64,000 nt of DNA from Takakia lepidozioides (Eukaryota > Plantae > Bryophyta). Shown here in pieces: positions 25,601 to 37,600 of the stretch. A program made the translations under genes and the position numbers. The notes beneath the pieces were generated by a model that was not told the origin of the DNA, searched no databases, and saw only the letters and a list, made by a program, of their open reading frames with translations. The first letter of the stretch is position 1, and every line of letters starts with the position of its first letter. Location of the stretch: NCBI GenBank assembly GCA_030704615.1, contig CM060731.1, forward strand, positions 27,156,001 through 27,220,000, read 5' to 3'.

Positions 25601-28600
25601 TCTCTAAGTTTTGGATGGAAATGTCAAAAATCATTCCATCTACTAAAATCTAACTTACTTGGTATTTTGTAAGGTTGCGGGCCCGCTGTAGGAAAAGACA
25701 AAGAGGTCAGTTTGGGGCGCCGTGAAACTCGTCCGCCCCTTGTGAGCTTTTTTGGGCCCCATAGCAAGGGGCGAATCCGTGGGGGCGCCCCTTAGGGAAT
25801 ATCCTATTTCGACCACTCGCGCCTCGTAAATCCTGGGGGCGATTCATGGGGGGCTGCTTGCAGCTGCCCATGGAACCCGACTCTTACACTAGACATAGGC
25901 TGGGGATTTGATAGCGGGCCCTGCCAGGCGTGCTCCCCCTTCGGCGAGCCTGACAAGAGACTCCCACACGCGTTATAAACTCCCTCACATGTTATGTATT
26001 AAAGTCCTTGGCCTATAGTCATGGTCTTTTTGTTATTCCATAGGTGTGTATGACGTAGTGGGCCCAAGTTGTAATGCGCAATGATGGCTCATTCGGGAAG
26101 GGGGGTTGGCTCGAGTGGTTTTCTTGTGGGTTTATATTTTGTTTCAACTCCATTATTAATTGAAATGAACCATTCGGAAGTTGGAAGTTCCACTTTTATA
26201 CATATGAAAACCATAACGTATCCGGGTACATGACCAGTGGGTCTTTATAGGACAAACCTTTTGAGTGCATGTCTCACGAGGAAAAAATGAAAAAAAACTA
26301 TGCATGTCCGCCGGACAACATAAAATCGCGTTCATTACATGTGGGCTTCTAATCTGTTCTTATAGTATTGACAAGCATGGGCCCCTCAGACATGTCTTTA
26401 TTGACATGCCTGCTCATCACAATGGGTGTGTCATAGTTTAATATCCAGAGCTATTGGCTTTAAGGTTTAGAAGTCCATTTTCTTATGATCCTCAATACTA
26501 ACTTAGTGCAGCAGAATTGGTTGTTTTAGCTATCACCTTCAATTACATTAGAAATATCGTGTTAACAATGCACTAGCCAGCTCTAAATCAAGGTTTTACC
26601 ACTAGCCAGTAGCTTAGTTGGATAGAGCACTAAGTGCCACCCAGGTGATTCTGGGGTCAAATCTTGCTACCTTGTCGAGTGTGGTATATTCTTCTCCCCC
26701 TTCCCTTGGGCAGTGTCCCTAGAGCCTTGCGCTCGGCGCCTCATGGCGAGGTTACTATGAAAGAGGTTATTTGTCCTCTCACCACAATTAAGGGGGCCTA
26801 ATTTGTGAGCAGTCACTCCAGGGTATTTTCCTTAATTTTTGAAAAAAAATGTTTTCTTAAATTACCATCCCAACGTCTTGAGCTTTGACCTTCCTCCGTA
26901 GTCATGAGAGCGTTTTTTTACCACATAAAAAATCTAGTTGTCAATACCTAGCACATGGCAAAAGTAGTTGCGTAGTGCATTATTCTTTGAACATTCCATT
27001 TTTGGCTCCAATGTCTTCCAAGAGCAAAAGTCGGGATGTCTTCTCATGCTCATGAACACATGTGGCTGAAGTTAAACAATTAAATAAGCTTATCTCACAA
27101 TTTGTAGCTTGTATTTTATATATAGGCAGTCGAACGATCCAGAGGATGAGCCTGGATTTGCAGAAAGAAACCCAACATGGGAAGATTCATTTGATCATGG
27201 CACTATTGATGACGATGGCCAGTTGTTGTCCAATTCAAAGCAAAAAGAAGAAAAATTAGAAAGAGCCTTTGCTGCACTTGCTTTTGGACTTGGAGGAGAA
27301 GGGGTGGTTGTACTGGGGAAAGATGACTCCATAATTCGACAAAGGTGGAAGGGAGCATATTTTAAAATAAAAAAACTTATGGTGAGTCTCTTTTTGAAGT
27401 CTCCATAAACTTGATCAAGCTCAGACACTCTAAGAGATGGATTTTAAAAACTGTAGGATTTTTTTTTCAGTGAGCATCAAGCCAATTTCGCTATCCAGTT
27501 TTTCGTAGCACACTATGATTGGTCATCTCATATAGAATAAGCATATCAAGAGATCGAAAGCCCTCGTGGTCTACATTATTTTTATTCTAATATTGTTAAA
27601 CATTATATGTGCTCATTGCTGACCTACAAAATGCTAACATAGTTTATGAGGTTTTGGACATGTTTAAATTAAAATTTTGTTGGTGATTGCAGGCACTTAG
27701 AAAATTGGATAGAACCTCCAGAGTAGGAACTGGAGCGCAATTGGATGGGCTCGCTTTGGGTCTCATGCCACCTAAACATCCAATCCGAAAATACCTTTTC
27801 AAAAAATTGTATAACCAGTATCCACCCGAGCTAGATATTTGTAACCTTAAACTTATCAAAAGCTATAGCTAACAGACTATTGTTGTAAACTATTGCTTCA
27901 CATTTTTAGTATTATTATTGATGGAATTGACACCAAAGAGCTGAAATCCATAATCATACATGGATTTTCCATCCATATCCTACTAGTCAAGTAATTGAAA
28001 AATCTGTCTTTGTAGCTTACCATTGACTTACAATCAGAGAGTCAGAATATCTTCTTCTTGCCATTATATGTAGTCATGTTATAGTACTTACTTTGAAGGA
28101 TACCAATGCCAAAGGGACAAAAGTGAACAAACACACTCTTGTTGCAGGAGATATTGTCCTCACGGTAATCTACACGTAAGCACCATTACTTTTAACATCG
28201 TTTCTTATGCTTTGGATCACATGATTTCTCTGTCCAATGATGGATTGATAATGATCCAAAATTATCTGTGCAAATGGGTTAAATGCATACAATCATCTTG
28301 AAAAAAATTGACATTCGTAAGTACATATGTAAATGCTCTTTGATGGCATTGAGAAGATACGAAGTTCGCATAAAATAGGGGGCAGATTTAGAAGAGGGTG
28401 AAAAGAACTTTATTGTACGTACTAGATATATCTAACGTACTTCAACGGTTTCTCTTTTGGTTAAACAATCATTGTTATTGTACTACCATGCAGAAATGAC
28501 AGTGAGAACTTCCAATTCAAAATTAGTAAGAAATTTTGTAACAAAGATTTTGTTGTACAATTGGCTTAGAGTGGAATGCGCACTACGTATTGTAACCTTG

Positions 28601-31600
28601 GGTTTTGTGAGAGGCCCGCATACGTATTTACGAAACAATTACAATAAGTTGGACTTCATTATCATCATTGACTCATGGTATTCTCCTAGTGCGCCGTTGT
28701 ATGATATGCATGCTACCCCTACAACTTACCCTGACATGCATGAGGCGAACTCATTGTTAATAAAATGAATAGGGAATGCAAATGGCTTTCTCTTTTTTCA
28801 TTTTTCATTTTTCCATTGGGTAGTGATCTGGATTTTGTTATATTCATTCATGACCTATATTGGTGATGCAGTGGTCACTGTTTGTAACTGTCTATTATAC
28901 ATCAACTGCAGGGTCCACATCTATTGTTGGTCGCAAGGTCATGATGGATTTTTTCGATTTGCAGCGCTTCGTGTTTTTAGAGGGTTGCTGACTCTACGCC
29001 ATTACTCGTTCTTTGCCAATGTTATAGTAAGTATAGCATAGACATCATTATTTTATTTTATTTCTCTCACAAATCAAGTTGTTGTTGGGTATGACATCTT
29101 CAAGTTGAAGTTTGGGGTTAAAACCCAAGGCAATTGTATTGTGCAGGCAATCTTGGATGCAATCCAAGGGAGTCTTGCTCCTCTTGCAAACGTCTTTTTA
29201 TTTCTTGCCATTATCATATCATTCTATGCTCTTATGGGCGTCCACTATTTTGGCGGTACGTTAAGTGGAAGGTAAAGATTATGGAATTTGTATTGGCCTC
29301 TCTATCTCACATTGGTTGGTATGTTATAATGATCCATGACAGTAAACTGCCTTTAATTGAGATCATATGGTAAATTGGCTTAGGGTGCATTTTCATGAAC
29401 ATCGTTGGGTACTCACCAAAAGCCAACGTGGACAAAGAGTCATATAAAGAATGCCCAACCCTTCATTTTCACATTTGGCATACACGTACACGTATTGTCT
29501 AGGTGTGGGCCACGTTGTGATCCCTAGGCAACAAATAGGGTCATGATTAAAGAGTTGGTATTCAGGTGTGTACGGGCCACGGATAACACTTTATCATTGC
29601 ATGACCAATTTTGTGGAAATAATGCTTCATTGACCAGAGCATGTGACGTCGACTATAGTTTTGAGCCCATGGGTGTTCAAATTTGCAACGAGGTATTATT
29701 ATTAATCAGCTCAATTGTAGACTTGCATGCATAGAGCATTCAGCTCAATGTCTTTGCAATTTCAAATTTAACATGACTTTAGATCAAATTAAAGTTTTAT
29801 TACTTGACTATACTCGATATTCTGCAAGAAAATTATTTCCACAATCTATTTGACTCAAGTTCATTGTTGCTATTATCGTCATTATTACTAACAAATTATA
29901 TATCTAAAGTTTGGATAGGGCAAGTAATACACACTAATTTGTTTTAATATTATTGTTTGCATAATATTGCAGAATTATTTTTCTTCACAAGATCCAATGA
30001 AAAATATCATACTTTCAACCATTTTGTTTGTAATAGCTACATAATGAAATGATTTATATTTAAATAGTTCACATATAAATTATAATATCTATTAATATAG
30101 AATATATAGTAGTTGTAGTGTAACAGAATATCAAATATATTCAACCTTCTTTTTAATATTAGAGGTACGAATATCATGTTTCGAAAATGTCAGTTGATCA
30201 TTTACTACATTTATTCTATATATATGTTGCCTCCAACATGAATAACTATTTAATATTCTGTATATTAACAAATATTTTTGTTATATAACTGATAGACATA
30301 CGGTAATCCAAATTATGGAGCGACAAATTTTGATACATTTTCTTATGCTCTATTATCATTGTTTCAGGTACGATTAATATTGTATCACAATGAGTAAATT
30401 AAATGATAGTAGTGTCTATATGCAATTCAAAATTCTATGAAACATGTAACTTGATTCAACTTAACAATTGTCCTCAATTGTTAAAAGAGATGAATAAAAA
30501 TAAAAATATATTTAATAATGTATTCAGGTGTGATGTTGTGGGCTAGATATTCAATCATTTTATTTGTTATACATATATTTAATATATTATTTATATTATG
30601 CATACAGGTTATTTCTTTTGAAGGATGGGCATTACTTATGTACTCGACTTTTGCTGCTTCTCACAATCAATTTGCAAGTAATCATTTATAAACTCATCTA
30701 TGTGAAGAAACATGTCTCTTTTGTCCAACATTGGAGTTTATAGCACAAATTTTAATATTTTTTTGTTGTTAGTCATAGTATATATTTCATAAGTATACCC
30801 TCTAATTGGGGCAATATCCTAGCTTACTACGAGAAGTGGACACTATCTACATTGGCCTTGGTTGTTTTTTTTTTTGTTTTTTTTTTGTTTTCTCTTTCTC
30901 TCCCTCCTTGAATGTGGCAAAGGTTTTTGTAACCACATTCAAGAATCTCCGATTCTTTCTCTATTCTTGAATATGACAATGGGAATGTTACGTCCACAAA
31001 GCAAACATGACATTTGAGGGCGAACTACTTCATGATGTTTTGTGCTAAGCCTTTTGGCGATAGCATACTAAAACATATGTGTATATCTTTCTACATGATT
31101 CGATGTAGCCAATGTCTTGTCTGAATTCTCGAAAACCTAAAAATGAGATGCTCGATTTTTTATTTATTTTTCTTCTTTTCTCTCTCCCTCTCTCTTTCTC
31201 CCTCTCTCCTTGAATGTGGTTAAGTTTTAGTTATCGCCTGGAACCAAATGGGAAAATGGAGAACGGAACGACCCATTAGGGTTTTCCTTATATCTTAAAC
31301 TAAAGTAGCTACCCTACTCCATGTGAACGCATCGCCGAAGAAAGCATAACTTATGGTGTCACTTAACCAGAAGGTAGCCTTCCAGTGGAAAGATGGACAC
31401 CTTTGTGGTTTGAACCCGCAACCACTACTGAGGTGGCTTGTGCCCTTACCTCTGGGCTAAATGTTGGTCTTGGTAGGTCAGAAAGTGTACCCATTGTCAG
31501 ATTATTTGGAAGCTTAAGACGAACAGACAAGAGCTAATTGAGTTGACTACCTTACTACTAAACTGTAGCTACAAACAAGGTATCCATTCAAACTCTTTAA

Positions 31601-34600
31601 ACACTTTCAAGAGTTACCTTGTGTGGCAACACAAATAGAGTTTATACTTATAACATGGACTTGATTAAGCTCTACTCTGAATCTATGAATACTTTTGCAA
31701 ACCAAAGGCCCCTTGCTTGAGTATTTGACTTCGGTAACATTATTTTTGGGATTGGCTTACTGGCATGAGAACAAACCCAACCCCCCCCCCCCAAATCGAA
31801 CATGGCTGAAAATAGGTGTTGGTAACATGAATGAAATGGCTGAAGGACCTCTCTTACTTCTAGTATGACCTGTTGCAATATGGATGACATTGATAACAAA
31901 TGTGCAGTGGTTTAAGCCTGGGGTTCCATAATACTATATGACGCCTCCTAAATGTGTAAGTTATGGTGTCTCTTGACCTCGAATGACTACTACCTTCCGG
32001 TAGGAAGGTGGGCACATTTGTGACACTAATCAGTGGATTCAACTCACAACCACTTCTGAGGTGCTATGTGCCCATTACACTAGGCTACAACTAGGTTGTC
32101 CACAATGATCATTAACCTATTGGTTTAATGGTTGGTTGTGATGGATCTAGGTGATGCCACTTCACCTTCTTTTGTCGTAGCTAAGAAAATTTGCTACTGA
32201 GATTAAGGGAACAAGGCTTTGAGCTCTCTCAAACCTCACATTTGTTTGTTTATGTTGATTGCATACACACATTATTACTGTTTTAAGTATCTAGAAGATG
32301 GCCTAGTGGCTAGGGCACAAGACCACCTTACAAGTGGTCGTGAGTTCAAAGCCACCTCATGGGTGTATGTTGGATATCACTCGTTATGGCCACCCTAGCC
32401 ATAAAACGGAGACGTACCTCAGTGAACCGGCTACTTAATGGGTGGGAACCTTGGGATTTACGAGTCCTTGGGAGAGGGACGGCCGGTGTCCACTTTCCAA
32501 ACATGAAAGGCAGTAATCATTGGGATGAAGTTACATCATAAGTTACGTACGCTTACTTCAACAATAGTCTTCCTTCATCTTTATCGTTGTTTGCTCGAGG
32601 TGGTTTGATGGATTGTTAACCGCTGATTTATGACTTAGACAAAACAGGCGATTAACACTACTGCCCATTTCCTAAGACATGCAACAGAGGTTGTCCAACA
32701 GTATGCTTTCAGAAACGATTACGAAGTAATCGTTTTAAGGATAGCTAAACCATGAACGTCGTATGAAGCCATATCCCTGCAGGCTGCTTAATCCTATTGA
32801 TTAAGCCCAATCTACAGTCTCTTTAGCATAAAAGATCTTAGTCGAAAAAGACTGAAGCCTCTTGGTTCATACAAGCAGATGGTAGTCAAGAGAAAACAAG
32901 AACTATTCTGAGATGATACACATTCTCACCATCTCACGTTCTCTCATAATGCACATTCTCTCCATCTCACATTCACTCTACACAGAGATACTTCGAATAG
33001 CATGGCTTTACTTCAAAGTTCGTCACATCATCACAGAAGTACACACTGAATTACTCTGAGTCCCTCTGAATACATATTGATCACTGATACTCATACTGCA
33101 CCCTTTCTAAGTTGCGTGCAGTCTTTTTATACTATGCTCGAAAGAGCCGTTACAGCCTGCGGTCGTTAATGACCGTTTGCCTAACTGCCTACGCAACCTA
33201 AAAGGTTTGCTAAAAAGTGGCTCGTTGTAGTGGTCGTGAGCCATAATGGTAAACGGTCCACTACTCCCTCTATTGGTTAAAGCCGATGCTAACGTGTCCG
33301 TGTGATATCGTGGTTCACGGCTCACGGTTACTACACTACCCACTACTGCTCTCGTGGTAATGTATCCTTGTCCCGCCATTGGCTAAGTACTACGTACTTA
33401 GCCGTCTCTGCCTGTGGCTTCAGGTAGTGTACGTCCATCACTACCCGGTATGTCCCATCCTCGTTGTTTATCCCTCGTAGCATAGCCGTTATCATTTATT
33501 CCCCCCCCCTCTTTTGAAATTGTGTCCGCACAATTTTGTCAGTTCCTGTGTTTGTTGTATCTCTTGGGGATGTAAGGTGGTGGCATGCCTGTCTGTGAGG
33601 TAGGAAGTGCGTCCCAGGATTGTCGTGGTGGCAGCTTCTTGTTCCTGTTATCATCACTGTCTGGTTGCTCCTCTAGTTCGTGAGTAGGCCTGCTTTCTTC
33701 ATCAGGGTGTTCTGCTATCCCGTCCCCACGTACCATATCGATTTTGTTGGTCAAGGTTTCGCGGTAGGTTTGCAGATCCTCCTTGGTCCAGGGTATAATG
33801 TGTTTTGTTGCCCTGCTGCCCATTAACCAGTTAACCGCTTGGACCCCTGTTTCTCTGAAAGGGTGGTCTAGTGGTCATTCGTCTGGCGCCATGCTTCAGC
33901 ATACAGTGGCCTATTCATATATGCTGAAGTGCCTGTGACTCTCTTTGGTGGCTGGAATTTGGGTAATTCCTAGTGAGTATCTTTTTCAATACTCTCATAG
34001 CGCTGCCAGCTTCCTCCCATTGTCACGAACATGCGGTACAAGTAACTGCCAATATAAAAACTTGGGCATCCCATCACAATGGTTACTGCCGGGGTAGGAT
34101 TAATCTTCAATTGCCCCACTGTCCACATGTAAGCTATCAGCTCCTTGTATTCCAGGGGAGCCTGGCGCCAGAATTCAACCAATTATGCCCCTGACCATGT
34201 CTCCTCCTTAGCCAGTGGCCTCATCCTATATCTCAGAGGAATAAGAGTTTGATTGAGCAGATGCAATTGACCCAATGATCTGTAGGGAGTTAAGGTTTTG
34301 AAAACCTTCTCCAGTATTTCTGGGATTTGGTGGGCTGGTACTACCATCATTTTAAAGTATTCCTCTGAATACTTTAACCACTCCCCATCCTACTTGCATG
34401 GCATGATTTGGAAATCATCCACTGCTACTGAAGTTGATGCTACAAGGACACTTGGTAGTGTTACAGGGTTTACCTCTTGAGTAGATGGCCCTGCTGTGGC
34501 TTGTACCAGTGTCTGTTGGCTTGGTGGTGGTTGTGTTGCTGGTGGTGTTGTTGTTGTTGTTGTTGTTGTTGTTGATTGTATTGGTGTCTCTCGTTCGTGA

Positions 34601-37600
34601 TCTTGCTCCTCTTGATCCTCTTCGTCCATGAGCTCCTCTTGTTTTGGAATTGGTAGCAGGAACTCCTCATGAATGTCTGTCACCAATTTCGCCAACTCGC
34701 ACTTCATCTGCCTCACCATTGCCCTGTTGAGTTTCTTCATCTCCAATTCACTCCCTTCATTCAACCAGGCTCTGGCTAAGGCTGCGTCTGCTACATCCAA
34801 CCCTGCTTGCAATGTCAGCTTCTCCAGCTGTTGTTTCCATTCTTGTTCATTGCCCATGACAATGTCTCTTTCTGTGGTGGTGGTAAACAGTCTGCTCTCA
34901 GCATTCTCCCTTTGCTTCAGCAGTGTAGTGTTGCTGTTGAGCCACTTGGTTCCCTGATCCTTGGCAGTCCTCAGCTGCCCCTTGAGTGTCTCCACCTGCT
35001 GCTTTAATGTTTGCACCTGTCCTGTGAGTGTTTCCACCTCTGTCTCTGTTTTCCAAGATCTCTCTCGCTCTGCATCGAGGTCGGTTTGGACATGGCGTGT
35101 TTCGTCTCTCTGTCTTTCCCACTTTTGCTCCCACTCATCTCTGCGTTGTGCCAACGTGTTGTATTGGCGGAGTAAGGTCGACTTTTGATCTTCTAATGCT
35201 GCAATTGTAACCTCATGGTTACATACTGTTCTTGCAGTGGCCAATTCCCTCTGGTGCTTCTCTTTGATGTGGTCTAAGATCATGTTCAGGTTTTCCGGGC
35301 TGATGTTATCCTTGGCCCTGTCCATACAAACTGTCAGTTGCCCCAATGCTTGTATTGCCTGCAGAATAACATTTTGTGGCGCTTCCTCCAACCCTGTGTC
35401 CCATGTTGTTGTATCTAGAACTTGTTGTGCTAGTAGTAGTTCCAAATTGGAATTTCTGCTGGTCGGATGCCTGTTGCACTATCTGTTGTTGCTGCGTCAC
35501 TATGTCTCCCTCCTCTGATTGTGTGGCCTCTGTGTGTGCTGCTTGCTATGCTTCGGTGTTGCCATGGCTAATTTCCATGGGCGTTGCTTCGTTGGTGTGT
35601 GGTTTGTTCCCTCCTTCTGGCTGCTGATTCTCCCCTTCTCTCTGTACTGGGGAATCGAGTTGATGATGTCCTCTGCTGCTGCACTGGTGGTTGCTTCGTT
35701 GATCCGGGCTCTCTTTGCAAGTCCGCCCTCTTCTTCTTCTTGACTTGCTGCCGTCTCACTTCCTTCTTCCTCTATTGTGTCTACCCGTTGCATAATTCCC
35801 AGTTCCTGCGTTTAACTTGCGGTAGTCCACACACACTCGTAGTTTTCCATTTTTCTTGGGTACTATCACAATGGGCGATAACCATTGTGGTGTCTCTACT
35901 GGGTATATGAATCCTGCATCTAGTAACTTCTTGATTTCTTCCCAAACTTTAGCTGCATAGTTGGGGTTCATTCTGTAACGGTTCTGACGAATCGGTTTTG
36001 TGTCAACTTCCAATTCAATTCGGTGTTGACAGATGTTAGAAGGTATACCCTTCAAATCCTTGTAGTTCCAGGCAAATACATCATTGTATTCAGTGAATAA
36101 TGTAGTGGCTTATTGTAGAAATGATTCTTCAAGACCTGCACTTACTCGTATTATCTGTGGTTCTTCCAGTGTTCCCAGATTCACTTGAATCAATTGAGTT
36201 TCTTCCATTACTGTCCATCCTGCAATCTCTTGTCCGATGGTTGCAATTGTGGCAGGTACTTCACTGATTTGAATGTTTTCTTCCCTTTCTTGATAGAACC
36301 GGGCCGGGTGTTGAGGTGTGTCCATCGCTTCTTCCTCTGGATCTTCAGTTCTCGAGGTATTTGGTTCTCCTTGGGTGTTCACCATGTGACATCCTACTGT
36401 TGTGGTATGCTTGACCACCAGTTGTCCAATAGGTTCCAACTGTGGATGTGCTGCGTATACTGTGGCTTCTTCTTCATCCGATAGTCCATTGGACCAATCA
36501 TATTCTTCCACTATGCAAGGTCGTTTCTCTCGTGGAATGGTACCTCGTTGCTTTGTCGTGATGGTGACTTGTTCTGCTCCCTTTTTGATTGTGAGAGTCT
36601 GACTTCCCCAATCGTGGTGTGATTGGGCTTGTGTTAACCATGGTTGGCCAAGTAGTAGTGAATATCCCTCTGCCACATCCTCCATTCTGAGAATGGTTAC
36701 TGATATTTCGTATACCAGTCCTGCTACTTCCATTGCAAGTCGTCTGATGATCCCTAATGGCTGCACTTTTCGTTGATCAGCCATTCGTACCGTGAATGGA
36801 GCAGGTTCCATGTGCCCCAATCCTAATGACTTCTTCATCTTTTCTGTCATGATATTCACTCCTGATCCTCCATCGATGAGTACATTCGTTACCATCTTCC
36901 GTCCAATACGTACTTGTATTACGGGTATTGCTTCGTCGTAATCTGGAGTTTGTCATATAGTTGTGGGTTTAATCGTGTAAACCTCTGGTGTTGGTTTTTG
37001 TTTTGGTGTGGGGGTCAATGCCTCGATTGCCCGAAATAAAGTTTTCTTGCAGTGTGGAGCAATTTTTAATAATTGTCCAATGGTAATTTGGGTCTTGGTC
37101 TGGCAGATTACTTCGGCCAATTCTGTTTCCGTGGTTGTATTCATGGTCTTAACCGTTGGTCTGATTTGCTTATCTGGAGTTGGCTCTCCAGAAGGTATAT
37201 GGGTTCTCTCTTGCATTTGAGCTATGGCTTTATTTACTTCCTTAAGCTCTTTTCCTCCTGCCATGCTGCACTTTCTGGATATTGTTTCCGTTCTTCTTCA
37301 ATCTCCTTATCTGGAGGTTTCTGTTTCTTGGCTTGAGTTCGGGTTACCGCAAGGGTATCCACTACAGGGGTTACCGCACTTACGGCTACACTTGGTCCGG
37401 CTTCCATATTTCCCACTTCTGCCTCATGCTTGATTCGCAACTGGCATTCATGTTTCCAGTGCCCTTCTTTCTTGCAATAGTGGCATCTCGTGCTTTCTTT
37501 GTTTCTGGGTTGATGTTCCCTATCCCTTGGTGGATATTCATTTCGTGGCCTCTGATAACGATTACCCATATTGTATCGTCTTGATTCGTCCGATCCTCCC

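Larger units (their letters stand above)
23162..26026. mobile_element. TIR element hosting nested insertions
   Basis: Inverted ends CATGTCTACGGGCCAAGGACTTTAATACAT / ATGTATTAAAGTCCTTGGCCTATAGTCATG. No TSD found. Confidence 0.55.

Noticed and set aside
25521-25604. Hammerhead or HDV-like ribozyme
   Set aside because: No CUGANGA/GAAA core, and I could not build the HDV nested pseudoknot; kept only as a structured RNA.
32297-32360. tRNA gene
   Set aside because: A and B boxes are present but there is no complete cloverleaf; multiple diverged copies indicate a SINE.
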